Of a DNA stretch of 64,000 bases, positions 35,521 to 49,458 are shown piece by piece. Location: NCBI RefSeq assembly GCF_036321535.1, contig NC_087436.1:57352001-57416000 (forward strand). Direction: 5' to 3'. The first letter of the stretch is position 1; each line of letters opens with the position of its first letter. The notes under the pieces were generated by a model. It ran no database searches. It had not been told where the DNA came from and saw only the letters and a list, made by a program, of their open reading frames with translations. The translations under genes and the position numbers were made by a program. The stretch comes from Camelus dromedarius. Lineage: Eukaryota.

Positions 35521-38500
35521 AGCTCCCTCACAATCGCCTCAAGCTAAGCTGATAAAGACCAGTCTACACTCGATTTTCACACGATCCTTACTGTGTTCTT
35601 CATGTACTTGCTTTTAAGACTCACGACTGACAGCATCACATACATATTCCTATGTCAATCATATTATTTTCATATCTCAAGGTTAATAACATTTACAGAG
35701 GTCACAAAGCCTATACTTACTCTCCTGGTTACGAGAAAGATAATAAAAATTTATAGTAAAGAAATGCAATAATTTTAATTTTTAAAAAATTATATCAACT
35801 GCTGAAAGCAAATTTGAAAAGTTATATTGTTACAGATTTATTGATACTTATTTAAATAGGTGCCAAGTTTGAGTTTAAATTATAGGAGCGTGTCCTTTAG
35901 CAAAATGTGTGCTGTTAGTTTTCCTCTGTCTCTTGTCATTTTTCACATAACGGAAACCTGTTATTAAGGTGGAAATTAAGTGAACTGTGTATGGTTTCCT
36001 TTTGATATTATTATATGTATTGTATACGTGCATAATCTTTTCCTTCATGATGCTTCTGTAAATCTTTTATCCTCATTATGATCTCCCCAAAGTGTTTTTC
36101 TTGAAAAATCTCTCTTGGCTTTGAATTTTTTCATCTGTTACAGATGTGCTACTGTGTGCTAAGATGGTAATGTATTATGAAAAGGAAAAAAATCATTTTC
36201 ATGATTCTGTTCAAAAGGCTGAGGATTAAGTATATCACTACTTCTGATTCTGCTCATTATAATCTTAAATATTTGTCTCTACATAAAGCCACCTTGTATG
36301 AAAAATATGTTACTGATATTTTAAACTCAGTCTGGAACTTAGTCATCAATTCTGATCTCCTAGGCCATTAGAGTTTGTTTTCTTAAGTAAATGAAATTGT
36401 AATAATAGTGAAGTATTTTACAGGAGTACTTAGGGATGATGAACTGGAGAATGTGGACATTACTAGCTCTTCTCAGATTCCTCTCGCAAGCTTTTCCTAC
36501 TGACACTTTCCCCCAGTCATCCGTCCACAAAGGGTATCCCAGTAGAACAACAGATGCCAGGAATCGTAAGAAAAGAGGGGGGTGGGGAGAGAAATAAAGG
36601 AAGAAACTGGCCAGGCACAATTGAAATCCGGAGGGCATGTGCCGTTTTACTTAATTTGAGCTGCATGATGCAAAACAAAACCAAAATTATCTGCAAGCTG
36701 GCAAAGCCTGTTAAAAGGATAGTGTGAGGAAGAAACTGAGTTAGCCACAGCAGATTGAAGACATGCTTGCTGAGGTGCTTTGGAGAGAGCGAGCTGCCCG
36801 ACCCCCATCCTCAAGCATAAATAAACTCCAAACAGACTCATTTGCCATGAAGGATGAAATGTGGAGGGGCCATGGCGCCTGGGTCTCTGCCTCTCCATGG
36901 CTCCTTTCCCCAAGTCGTTCTGGTGGGTTTTTGTGTCCCAAAGTTGTCCCTATGCAAACAACAGGTTGAATATTGTAGGTGTGGGTTATTAAAGTGTCCC
37001 TGGGACAATGGCAGTCTGTGTCCCATTTGTAACGCTTGGATTAATCTTTGGAAAGTGCACACAAAATGTGACATGATGTTGGCTTCCAACATTATTCAGT
37101 CTGCATAGCAGCAAATCCTGCCCTGTCTCCCTGGAAATAAAACTCCACAGACATATCACTGCCATCTCAAAAGGAACCTCTCATTTACGCTCTGGATTAG
37201 GGACACCCTGATAGAATTTCTGTTAGGAATTTGATCTTATAGTTTGGAGAAGCATTTATGATGGAAACAAATTATACTCTATCATCTTAGTCCCAGCTTC
37301 CTTAAAGAAAATCTGCAATCAGGTAAATCATGTTATTAATTATGTTTCGGCAGATGGGGAAAAGAAGAAAGCCTTTTCATTTTTTAAAGAGAATTCCACA
37401 TTAGTTTAGGATGAGAACCCAGAACTGGTCCCTGACAAAAGGCAGGGTTCTTGGCATTTCCCCTCTTCTCATCTCATGATCCCCCTTTGATTTTAAAGGC
37501 TCTGGAGAGCGCCAAGCTGAGAAAACTGGATGAGGAAAGCCCACGAAGGAGAGAGGCTCTTCATCGCGCTTGCTTTCCTTTTCCCTGCGTCCTTGGGGCT
37601 TCTGAAGCTTCCAGGCGCAGCCTCACCTCACTGTTCATCAGAAAAGCCTTCTTGAATTGTGTGTCCTTGTTCCCAAAGGACTAAGGAGCACTGTGGAATT
37701 TGGAAAGATGTTCCTTCAAATAATTGGTTTTAAAGTGCCACTCAATATTAGAGTTTTAGAAGATAATTAGAACTAGGATAATAGAAATAGAAAAGGCATG
37801 TTAAATTATGGACTACCTTCAAGAATGGTTGAAATTCCCATAGAACCAGGTTGGAAAAGATTCTCATTTACGACCAACTCCACACGGAGGAGATGTTAGA
37901 ACTTGCCTAATAAAATGGAATTGGGGGGGAAAAGTCAGGGCACTGTTCTAGAACAATGCCTTTTAAAGTGTGTTACAGATAAGTGTCTGTATCTTCATTA
38001 TTGAACTCAATTATGCCAACTGTAATTTTTTTTTTTTTGTCTCGGAAGGAAAGGGCACCATCAAAACAGGAGAGGAACGGCTCCCCCAAGTGCTGCGGAG
38101 CACGCAAGCTCTTAAACTGCTTTCTTTTGTGGGTCCATCAACACACCAAAATAAGCCGAATGCTTAGACTTTGGTCTAGTACAGTCACCCATTTCCCTCA
38201 CTTACTGCCTTTTAATAAGTAAATTTCATACATTTTAAGTTATAAATTACGTTTAAAAATACTGCTTTGATTTGTTTGGCATATTGGGAATCAGCATAAC
38301 GTTTTGTTTGAAAAAGAACATAATTTCGACAGGAAAAAAAGTAGGTTAAAACAGTAGTTATAGGGAACTGCAGTTAAATTACACACACCCTGCTTCGCAA
38401 TTTACCTAGAAGAGGTGAGGAACCCTGTGAAACCCTAAGTCAGTGCAGTAGGTGTTCATTCACCAGGATCACATGGGTCACAGGTGCCCCCACTGTATAC

Positions 38501-40199
38501 ACTAAAAGCGCATGTTGCCTTTGTGTGATGTCCTCCTTCTCGGGCTTCAGTTTTCACCTGCAGTAGGTCTACTTGGCCCTGGTACCAATAGTCGCGCTGA
38601 TTTCTGTTGTTCCGACGTTCGCTTTGTTCAGCACCACAGGTTGGGCGGAGGGGGAAGGGTGGGGTTGCCCTGCGTGATTTTTGTCCCCAGTGGACCAAAG
38701 GTAAAAGGAGAAGTAGCTTGACAGTAGTGTAAATGGGGAAGAAAATAGCCCAATTCACAACTTTGCTTCAGCCAATTCAGTTTTCACTTTTCATCTCCGA
38801 GGTGTAAGTCTGATGAAACTCAGACTTGCAAAAAATTAGGTGGTTTAATGAGATCAGCAGGGTCAGCTGTTCAGGATAATCAGAGGCAGGGACGTGTACA
38901 TCACCCAGCTGACCACATAACATCACTTTCCAGACGAACAAGTATCCTCACCAAGCTTTGAGAGGGCTAGAGAGAGGACTGAGATTAAAACTGAGTTTAC
39001 TTTTGTCGAGAAAAGTCTTTTTCTGAAGATTTGGGCAGTAGGTTGGGGTGAGGAGTTGTAAGATTTTAAATATAAATTATGGATACCTAAAAATACTATG
39101 TAAAAAAATACTCATTTCTTTTCGTTTTTTATTCTCATGAACTAAGAGAAAAACAATAACTCACAATATCGCCACCTAGTCTCAATCTTTTAGAAAGTAC
39201 ACCTTTATTTATAGGTTTGTAAACCTGTAAAGAGAGTAAAAAATAAAATAATCAAAGGACTTAAATGTTGAGCTTACCTACCACTAAAGAGAAGAATAAA
39301 GTACTTTTAAAATAATTTCTTTTTCAAAAGAAGGCTTGAAACTTTTCACAAAACGCTGTTGCTTATAGAAAACTGAGGCAAGAGTAAATCTCGACAAATG
39401 GTGCCACAGCGCCACCATCTGGCCTTGTAGAAGACAGCAGGGAGTCACAGTATAGAGGAGCGCAAGTTAGTGTTACTTCTTCCCTAAGGAGCAACTGGAG
39501 AGAGGAAAAGAAGGGAGCTCGGTGTACACATGTCATTGCTTCGGCTAACGTCAGATGTTTGTGGTGCCAGAAATTGCCTCGATCTCTTTGTCTGTTTCTG
39601 TTTCAATTTGTAGATGAGCTTAGTTTTAATGGATAAAAGCCTAAAAACTGAGTATCTCCCTAATGTTAGCAGTCTTTTCTTTTCCTTCTTTTTGACAGAA
39701 AATAGAAAGTATTCTTTTAAGTATTAAAAGCCTGTAACTTTAGTATGAGTTTGGTTGAGCATCTTTAAATAGGCTTACTTCACCAAGTTTCAACTTGTCT
39801 TTGGATATGTTCTTTGTATATTATCGCTGAAACTTCCTTGAGTTCTTAAAGCTCAAAGATAGTTAAGAGAAAACATATTCTAGTACATAATCAGAAAAAC
39901 AATTTGACCCTGAAGGCATAGTGAAATAATTTTATTGCATAGTTTTAAAAGGCTACTTTCTTTAGAATAAAATTTATACTTCTAAAATTTGAATTTTTTT
40001 TAAAAAATACATATTTTACTTTTAATTGCAAAGTTTCACAAGATTGTACAAAATTGCTAAGTAGTAGAGTGGGGCATATATTTTCATTTGGACATCTCTT
40101 GGCTTCCATAGAATTGGCTTGAAAGATATAAGCTAGCTTTCATCATATTTTTTACTCTCATGTCTATTTTTTAAATTATTGGTGCATTATATTAGGCAG

Positions 40200-40440
40200 A
40201 AATGTGTGCAACATAATAACATTATAACACTATTTTGAGCCTACTGTGAACAAGGAAACGGTTCACAGTGCTTTCCATTTAATGTTAAGAAATCAAATTC
40301 TTTCAGGATAGTATGTAGGATATCCTATTATTATTTTCATTTTGTAGGTTAAAAAAATAAAACACAGAGACATTGAGTAACTTGCCTTGGGTAACACAGC
40401 TGACAAATGATGGATTTAAACCCTAGCCTTTAGACTCCAT
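40200..40440 (-). mobile_element. MIR SINE
   Basis: TTATTATTTTCATTTTGTAGGTTAAAAAAATAAAACACAGAGACATTGAGTAACTTGCCTTGGGTAACACAGCT is the reverse MIR core. Confidence 0.65.
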
Positions 40441-41624
40441 GTCCTTGATGATGACACTAATCTATTTTCTCAGGATACCAGTATTCTAAAAATATTTTAA
40501 ATGTTATACTCTTTCATACTATTATATTTTCTCTTAGTACACGGACCTATTTAACGTAAAAATACCTTTAAAACATTTTATTAAAAATATTTTAACAATG
40601 TTAATGGTTAAATAACATTCTTGAAGACTAACCTTAAAAGCAACTATTATATGTATCTTTTCCCCTCCATGGGAATCATATACTATGTGTTCAAAGTCAG
40701 TGACTTGTAAATGAACTTCTGAAAATGAACGTTTTGTAAACTGAAGACTCTTTTTATTTTACCTTATTTTCTATCTTAGATTCTAAATAATCACTTTAGA
40801 TAATTATATTGACTTATCCATGCTCATTTTATTGTAGTGTATTCTAAAAAGTAATCAAGGGAAATTGTTGTTTATAGTTTGCTATCTACAGGGAAACTTC
40901 AGTTTTTTAAATATTCTTTAAAATGGATGGAATTTTTAAAAATTCTCTAGAGGTTCAGATTCTCTATCAGTTTTAGAAAGTCTATAGATACTTAAGTTTT
41001 ATATAACAATTTGCCTCCAAAATTGCTCTCAAACTGATCTTATTTGAATTTTTTAAAAAATATAGTTCAGTATGACCCATATTATTCTAATGAGAATAGA
41101 AAAATATGAAGCCATGTGGGATATTTCATTGTAATTTCAGCCAATGTTTTATGAAGAAAAAATTGTAAAAATGTGATCTCAAAAATGTCATGAGAATGTC
41201 CTTTTTTTGTGCTGTGTGCTGGATTAGAAAATTGATTTTTGTCATGATCATGTTGGGGTCACTGGGTAAGTTACCCCTTGGCACACTACATAGGAGGATG
41301 CATTAGCTCGGTATCAGCCTAACTGCTCTATGAAGTGAAGTCATTACTGGAACACTAGCTATTTCTTTACTAGAAAACCCCTAATTGTTAACTGGTGTGG
41401 AGCTGGGACATTATCGTCAATATTTCTAAGAATTTTTACACGTAGATATGAAATTAGTATTTTTAGTAATGCCCTATTAAATTTCATAATAGCTAATTTA
41501 GATGAAGTTCAAAAACAAACATTTAGAATAGCAATTAAAACCTATTTAGTGGCTATTTACTGAAAATCCGAATGACAGACATGTTGTTATCCAGTATTTG
41601 CATTTGTTGACTCAGATTTTTGCC

Positions 41625-41625
<1 letters not shown>

Positions 41626-41667
<42 letters not shown>
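41626..41667 (+). repeat. (ATT)14 microsatellite
   Basis: Perfect trinucleotide run. Confidence 0.97.
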
Positions 41668-41669
<2 letters not shown>

Positions 41670-42919
41670 CATGTTTTAGCTATTACTTGAGAGGTTGGTG
41701 AAGGAGAGAAAGCCTGTGAGGAGAAAAAACGTTTATTTCTCTATTTCCCAGGGACTCAGCTACAGAATAATGAGAAGATGGTTTCTTTTGCGTTTTGGTC
41801 AAGGACAGTTAGATTCTGGGCTCCGCCAGGGGTCAGCCTGCTTCTCTCCAGAACCACCACAAGGGGGCGGAGATGCTGACGGTCTTTCGGCTGGAGAGCC
41901 GTGAGAGTTTCGGATTTCTTTCGTGTACACGGTACACCTCATGTAAGTACACTGATATTGATTTAAATAATACAATATTTTCCCTATGAGAATATCTTTT
42001 AGACAGAATTTATTGTGATATTTTTATTCTGTCCCATAGGAAGCCACTAGATTAACTATCCCCCAATGTTCCTTAGATCACATAATTTTCAAACACTTCA
42101 TTGCCCATTGAATAACTTTATCTTTTTATCCTGAGACTTTAATTCTGAAAGTTTTGGCTAAACCCAGGGTCTACATTTCCAATGCCTTGCTGAATACATC
42201 CACCTGGATATTTTACCTTCTTTTCAAATATATTTATAAAACCATATCTCATTTTCACTCCACATACAAAACCTCCTCCCTGAGGCTACTGTTCCTCCAG
42301 ATAACCAGCCCTGAACCTCCGTCATGATGTTGGAGTCTTCGTCCCCTTCCTGCCGCTGAGCCAGCCTAGATAAATATGGTGGTTCCCACTTCAACTTGAC
42401 CTTACCCTGATGGGCCTTGTTAATCTTGTGATATTCAGTCATTCATCAGTGACCCTCCATCTGCCAGACCCTATCATAGGCACTGAGGAGAGAGTAATGA
42501 ATATCATAGTGAAAATTCTGCCCTCAGTTTGTTTACATGAGGGTGGAAGGAGAAAGACAATGCCAAGTCAGTAAATCACCTAGTATGTTAGGTTGAAGCA
42601 CACGGTAAATCACACGCTCTCTGACGAAGAGCTGGGCCATGGAAGGGGAGATGGAGAATGTTGGGGGAATGGGTCATAACTTTAATCAGGATGGTTTGGT
42701 TAGGCCTCACTGGTCCTGGATCTTGACCTGTTAATTCTTTTTAATGTGCTTTAGAGAAACCTTTGTTTATTATCTTTGATCTCAGCAATCACCAAATGCT
42801 ATTGATTTTCTCAAAAAAAATCAATCTGCTTTCATTTTTATCTGGGCCACTTTTTGTCTCGTTTGGCCTGTTATTTCTTTATGTTTAGCTTACTACGAAG
42901 CCTTCTAACTTGACTGTGC

Positions 42920-43250
42920 CTCTGCGGCAGTGAGGTCAGATGCTCACCGCATCTGCTTCCATGTGGCCCCATGGAAGCCAATGGACTCTGAGTGAAGAGC
43001 ACGCCTTCCAGACCTGGGCACTGAAACGCCCACGGTCCTCTGTGCTCCCTCCCTACGTGGTCTGCCTGCAGATGCAGAAGAGCTGTAGGAGGGCTGCACC
43101 GGCCTGCGGCACGAGAGCCGCTGGATAGAAGGGGCCCCGTCCAAAGTCGCCGCGTGAAAGACAGCCATCCGCTTGTCTTTGAACTTCGTGTGAGTGAAAA
43201 ATACTCTGTTATATTATGCCACTCAGACTGGGGGGGGGGGCTCTTTTCTA
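42920..43250. mobile_element. Degraded MaLR (MLT1J-like) LTR
   Basis: Ends with GAACTTCGTGTGAGTGAAAAATACTCTGTTATATTATGCCACTCAGACTGGGG, an MLT1 3'-like pattern. Confidence 0.5.
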
Positions 43251-43599
43251 GCGAGGAGCATCATTTACCCTGCTTCATATGGCCGCCTCTGCTTCATGTA
43301 CCCCAGGGACACCTCATTAAGATGAACTTTTTTTAGTACTACATTGAATGGTCACAGTTATTTATTCATAATTATGTAAAATCTACAGCTGTGGTTAAAT
43401 CTAACTCTCTGTCTTCCTGTGGCTGAACAGAAGCTGCTGAGAATGATTGAAAAAAATTACAACTGCACAGACCAGGCCACAACAAGGCCATGGCCTCCAA
43501 CCTCAGCTGAGCCCCCAAAGCCGCACAGTAGTCTGACCGCGTGGCTCTGGCAAGCTCTCCATTCGTTATTCCTCTAAAATCTCTGACACTTGACCCTCA

Positions 43600-45000
43600 C
43601 CAGTGATTTGCTTTCTCTATCTTATAGAAACTAGAGTCCAACAAAGCTCTCACTAAACAGCCTGCTGTGGAACATAGACATTGACTTGTATTCACTCTCA
43701 GCCTTTTTTGCCCTGTCACACACTTTCAGTAAAATACGTGTCCTTTCTCCTAGTGAAAATGAACTGTGCCCTGGGCCCCTTCCCTTTTGCCTTTTGAACA
43801 CCCAACCTGCTACCGGACTCTCGACATTGACCTTATCCTGGTTCCTTCCTCCTGCATCTCAATGCGCTCAAGTCTCTCCTGTCATGGAAACAAACACTCT
43901 TCTTGGGCCCTACGCTCTCCTCTGGGCACTGCTCCTTTTCCCTTCTCTCCTTCCTCACCATATTCCTTGGAAGAGCAGTGTTTACGCCTTCCTCTTATTC
44001 TTCCACCAAATGCAGTCTGGATTCAGCCTCCCCATTCTCCCCAGCACTGTTCTTGCCAAGATCGGGAGGACCTCACGTGGCTAATTCTAACGGGGGGGGG
44101 GGGGGGAGGAGCTCTTGACAATGTCGGCCACTGTCCACCGAAATACTCTCCTCCCTTGACTTCCGAGACTCGCATCTATAGTTTCTGTCCATATTTGTTT
44201 AACCATATACTCTTTTGACTTTTGATTAAAGGTTGATCTTCCTCTGGGTTTTGTGTCCAGATCTTATTTTCTGCAAAATAAACCCACTTATTATTTGGAT
44301 GATTTTGTTATGTCTCCTGATTTCACTTACACTAAATACTTCAAAAAATACCTCAAGCCCAGACCCAGACCTGTTCCTGGCACAACTCCCTCTACACTCT
44401 TCTCACCGCTTTCCTTTCCCAGCTGCCACGACCAGACACTAGGGCTCCACCTTGATCGCCACGTGACGTTCCAAACTGGTCTGCCGTCCTCAGATCTCAC
44501 TCTACTCCAAAACCTTCTCCTGGGGCAGCTAGACTGATTCTTTAAAATAAGAATATGATCGGGCCACTACTCCACTCTAAACTCTACCTAGTGATGCCTG
44601 GAACTTTATTCCTTAAAAATATAAAGTCTTTAACGTGGCTTATGAAGCATTTCAAGGCTCGCTCCCAACCTCTTCATTTCATTTTCTTGATAGTCTCCTT
44701 TCTCTCTAAGTTCCAGCTCAGGCCACTTCCTCCAGCCCCTGGGACACAACTTGCCCTCTGGCTTCCGGACCTGGAATATGCTGGTCTCCTGGGCCGAGCA
44801 GCCCCAGTCTCCTCTGCCTGGCTGTCTAGCTCAGAATCCCAGCCAGGGAGCTTTTCCTAGCCCTGCTCTGGGCTGCAAATCCCCTTGCGTTTCCGTTACC
44901 ATAGCACTTGCCACAATTTGTTGTCATCGCCTGTTAAATTGCCTGTTTTCCCCAGTAGACTGTAAACACCGTCCTATTTCTAATATTCACAGATGTTCAG
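43600..45000 (+). mobile_element. Degraded L2 LINE fragments
   Basis: Pyrimidine-rich + strand with L2 motifs (GCAGTCTGGATTCAGCCTCCCCATTCTCCCCAGCACTGTTCTTGCCAAG; GCCTGTTTTCCCCAGTAGACTGTAAAC). Confidence 0.6.
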
Positions 45001-46140
45001 AAATGGGGTAGATTATAAAAGGGGTGAGACTCAAACATTAGGTAAGTGGCTGGGTTTGATTTTTATAGGTTTGTCGTCTTGCGTCCTTACTGCTCTTCAT
45101 GGGCCGTGTGTTGCAGCCAAATGATTTGCTCTTTCTCAAATGTGCCTTGCGTTTTCCTCCTCTGTGAGCTCCACGGTATCCTTCCCTTCACCTAAAAATG
45201 TCTTCTTCTATATTTGTAGGAATTATACTCTTTTATAAGCCCCACTCCAAAACTGTCTTTCCCACGAAGACACCTGGTTTTATCACCCTGGCGAGAAAAG
45301 ATCTTGCCTTTCTCTGAATTTGCAAAACATTCTGGACTGTTTTAAATTACTTATCATGTATCATTTAAAACCACTGTATTTCAATGAAAGGGTTTCTAGA
45401 GGACAATCTTCTCTCCCTTCTCTGAATTCCTATAATACGTTGTATCACTTTTACGGAGCGCATTACACTTTGCCTCATGTGGCGATTATGCATGTGCACG
45501 ATGTCTCTTCCACTGCAGCTTCGGGAGTCTTGCGTGCTTATGTGTACTGCAGCGCCTGGCATCCTGCCACTTACATAATGGAGTCTCAGAATACAGTTGC
45601 TGAATGCGTCAACCGACCATCCTGTCTTCTGTCTGTCTCCATAAGCCCCGCCTCTTTCAAGCCAACTAGCCTTCTTCCTGGTCCAACACTTGTCAGCTGT
45701 ATTTCCCATTCCCTCTCTGCACATCGCTTTTACAGCCTCCGTTCATATGTCTAATTGTCCAAATCCGACCTCCTTGGCTCAAACATTGCTCCTCTGCGAA
45801 GGCTCAGAAGAACTTCCCGCCAGAAGAAGTTCTTGGCTAAGGTGCTTGGCCATTGGTTTGTGGGCCGTAGAAATATTGTGACAAAATTAAGCCATGGAGT
45901 GACCTGACTTGAGAAATCTAGTAAGATTACCCAGTACGGTGGATGGGAGGAGTGAGCTAGAGAAAAGTGAAGCTTGGAAGACCGATTGCAGTGTTTCCTG
46001 GCAGAGGCTACTAGGTGCTTAGGGAACTTGCCATAGCTGTAGGGCCGGAGGAAAGGGGCATTACAGAGCAGTGTGTGCGCTCAGTAGGGGTTTGTTTTTC
46101 TAATGTTTCCATTGAAGGAACTCTAAGAAAGAGGGGAAGA

Positions 46141-46251
46141 GGGGGAGGGTGTAGCTCACGTGGTAGAGCGTGTGCTTAGCATGCCCAAGGTCCTGGGTTC
46201 AATCCCCATACCTCCTCCCAAAATAAATAAATAAGCCTAATTTTTACAAAA
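46141..46251 (+). mobile_element. tRNA-derived SINE (camelid Vic-1-like)
   Basis: GGGGGAGGGTGTAGCTCACGTGGTAGAGCGTGTGCTTAGCATGCCCAAGGTCCTGGGTTCAATCCCC plus an AAAT tail. 12-bp TSD AAAGAGGGGAAG at 46128-46139 and 46252-46263. Confidence 0.9.
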
Positions 46252-46589
46252 AAAGAGGGGAAGGAAACCAGAAAGTTCGCTGACACTTTTAGCAGAGATG
46301 AAGAGGGTGAGCCGGAGGTCGGACAGGCTTTGAGCAGACTCTGGGGCAGACACTAATCTGTCATAGTCTGTTTATGTTTTCTAGGTTACTCTGATGCACG
46401 CACCTATTACATTCATCTTTTATGAATATTTTATTTGCAATTTCTGTATCAAAAACATATCAGCTAGTGAGGACCAGTAGATCTTTAAGAATCCCAGGAG
46501 TGCAAAGCTTCTCACAGCTGTGAGGGGCTATGAAAGCAGCACCCTTTCCCTCCTCTCCAAGGCTCTCCGATCCTGGGAGCAGAGGTTGG

Positions 46590-46800
46590 GGTGGAAAGGC
46601 TACGAGTTTCTGAGTCGGAGAGATGTGAGTTTGAATTCTGGTTTGGTCACTTACTTACTGTCTGTCCTTGGCCAAAGTACTTAACTTTCCGGAGTCTTAG
46701 GTTTTTGTTTTGTTTCTAAACTTTCAGTTAGTATCAGCACTAGCAGATGTGCAGAGATTTTGTGAGAATCAAGTGAAACACGTGGTGTCTGGTGCCCAGC
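46590..46800 (+). mobile_element. MIR SINE
   Basis: GAGTTTGAATTCTGGTTTGGTCACTTACTTACTGTCTGTCCTTGGCCAAAGTACTTAAC matches the MIR head and core. Confidence 0.65.
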
Positions 46801-48282
46801 ACTTTGCCTGGGACTGGTCAGCATGCCCTCCCTCCCCATGGTTGTTGTACTTAGGAGAACATAAATACTGGTCTGCAAAGGATGAGAACTGTAGCAGAAA
46901 TGGGAAGCTTAATCTTTTGATGAGAATGGATTAAACCTCTCTACATTTGAGATAACTGTAGCTGGGGAGATATGCCTTGTATTTTACTAAGTGCAATTCA
47001 GAAAATGTGTCTCTGCAAACTACCTTGAAATCCTCTCATTGTATAGATGTTTAAGACAACCTGTGTGCACAATCTCTGTGCTGTTTTCTTTGATAGGAAA
47101 GAAAGATTAGTGTGTGTGTGTGTGTGTGAGCGTGTGACTCACGGCTTTTATTTTAAAAATGAGACTGGAGCGAGAGTAAATTTTAAGCAATTGTAGTCTC
47201 AAACAATTTGAAAAGCAGGTTTTATCACAGTTATCTAAATTCATGAAGACATATACTACCAATTTCTGGTTTTGTATTTGATATAGGACATTTTTTTTCC
47301 CCTTAGAATCAGGAAATCATCTTTGACCTCCTAAAAGCAGACCATTATCATAACCTCAGTGTTGAGAGAGAGTTAAAGCTGGCAGACACCATCCAGAACA
47401 AAATCAGTCTTTTCAATGGCACCTGCTTGGTGAAAGCTCACCGCTTAAACACTCAAAGTGTAGGTTTGGTGATGATGAGTGTTTCAGACCTGACTTTCTG
47501 TTCTTTCAGTTCACTTAACTGTGTTAGCGATGCTTTCTGAACTCTCCGAACTCCCCTGAAATAGACTCAGAACCAAAAGCACACAGCAATTGCGGGGACC
47601 AAGCACGGTTGGTCTACAGGTATTTGATTTGACTTATGGTGCCAAGTACCCCTGCTTTCACACGGCAGGTGTTTGTAATGTTTGGGCTAATTTTAGTTCG
47701 TTCTTTTTAGAAGAGCCACCTGTATTTAGAACATTCGTTGGGCTTTCTGTTCAGGTATGTCTGCTCCATGCTTGTTCCAGCAAGCCTGAGTGCAAGGGAA
47801 CTTTGCTCCTTTGGACATTGGAGATACAGGGTCTATGTCTCTGTCACAGGATCTGAGACACTGTCACCATATCACAGTTTGGTCCATTCTGGGCATCCAC
47901 TGTGTGGGCCACATGAGCGATGTCACGTGAGAAGAAATGAAGCTTGTTCTGCAGCATTTCAAAGGACCAGTAGGGGACAGCTTTCAACACAATGCAAAGA
48001 TCAGCCGTGAGGAAGAATAATCGAACCATCAGGCAATTACAATTGTTAGAGGCTACAGTGGACTGCCTCAGAAAACACCCGAGTTGAGGTTTGGGTCATG
48101 TGTCAGTGTTGTGCCGTTCAGAGTGTGAGGGAGGTCGTAGCTGGAAGTCAAACATATGAAGAGACAGGAGCAGGGCTGCTCTGATTGAAGCCCAGCGGCC
48201 CCACCTCAGCGGAGCGGCGGCCCCATGAGGAAAACCCTTGGAATCTGGGGAGCACAGTTTAAAAGTCAAGGACTCTCGCTAT

Positions 48283-48315
48283 ACCTGTTAAGAATCCACC
48301 TGTTAAGAATCCACC
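48283..48315 (+). repeat. 15-bp perfect tandem duplication (ACCTGTTAAGAATCC x2)
   Basis: Read directly from the sequence. Confidence 0.9.
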
Positions 48316-48969
48316 ATCCAAGCTTCTAATGAAAGAAAACAAACAATTTTCCATTCTATGATTTCTTCTACCAAAACCTCCCAACTTAAGAAAAAATAAA
48401 GATTAACAGAGCAAAAAAAAAAAAGATTCTTCTAACATTAGCACTGTTTGGGAAAATTATTTCCACTTTTCTAGCATCTAAACTTGAAAAGTCAGTCCTG
48501 TTTGATTTAGTTTCCTTTCTCATGCTATATGCAGTTAATCTTCAAGTTCTCTTGATTCTTCCTTCAAAATGTATCCACCATCTCTCCCTTCTTTTCTTGT
48601 CTGGGCTCCCACAGAGCTCATCTTACACCTGAGCTATTGCACAAGTCTTTAATTGACCTCTCTTCTGTTCCATTCCTTGAATTACTACTAGCTTAATTTT
48701 CTAAGACATCTCTTTAAGAGCATGTTTTCCCTTTGGTTAAAGTCTTCAGTGGCTCCCCAGTGCCCACAATGGAAGTCTCTCACACGCCATGATGATGAGC
48801 CTCTGTGAACAGCAGCCCAGTCTCCTTCTGACGGTTCAAGGGCTGAAATGCAAATGTAGCCGTGGCCAGCAACTGGCCCCTCATACCGCTCCCTATAACA
48901 CTCAAAATGCTGTCATAGGAGACTTGGCTTTGTAATCAACCTGCTGGGTTAGTAGCAAGCATCGCATTT

Positions 48970-49458
48970 TGCTCAAGACACACCAATGGTTTCCTGCCTC
49001 CCATACAAGCCAATCATTCTGGTCGAGCTACACTGATCTTCTGCCTTTCTCTGACCTCAGAACCTTTAAACTAGCTATTCCCAAAGTCTGGAATGTTCTC
49101 TCCCCTGGCAGCAACATGGCTAACTCCTTCACTCCCTTTAAGGCTTCAGTGAAACGTCAGCTTATCAGTGAGGCCTCCCCTGGCCACCTTATTTAAAATA
49201 GCAAATCCCTGCTTTCACTCTGGCCTTCCTGCTGCTCCTCTGTTTTTTCTCAACAGCACGTTTCATCTCCTAGACGTCATATGTCCCTGATTCATCCTGC
49301 TTATTGTCTCTCTCCTTCAGTTGACTGTAAATGCCATGAGAGCAGCGGTTTCTGCCTTGCTTACTACAGTATCCCCAGCACCTAGAATAATGTCTTGCAC
49401 ATAGTAGGACTCCAGTGAACATAAGTTGAGTACATGAATGAATGAATGAATGAATGAA
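48970..49458 (+). mobile_element. L2 LINE 3' end with (TGAA)n tail
   Basis: CAGTATCCCCAGCACCTAGAATAATGTCTTGCACATAGTAGG followed by a TGAA repeat is the canonical L2 3' terminus. Confidence 0.8.

Noticed and set aside
38627..38650. REST/NRSE-like TTCAGCACC (also at 52941-52949)
   Set aside because: Only the left half-site is present; the GGACAG half is missing at canonical spacing.
46141..46215. tRNA-Ala-like sequence (also at ~34840-34912 and ~50520-50583)
   Set aside because: Followed by a SINE tail and flanked by TSDs, and it lacks a proper acceptor stem. These are SINE heads, not tRNA genes.
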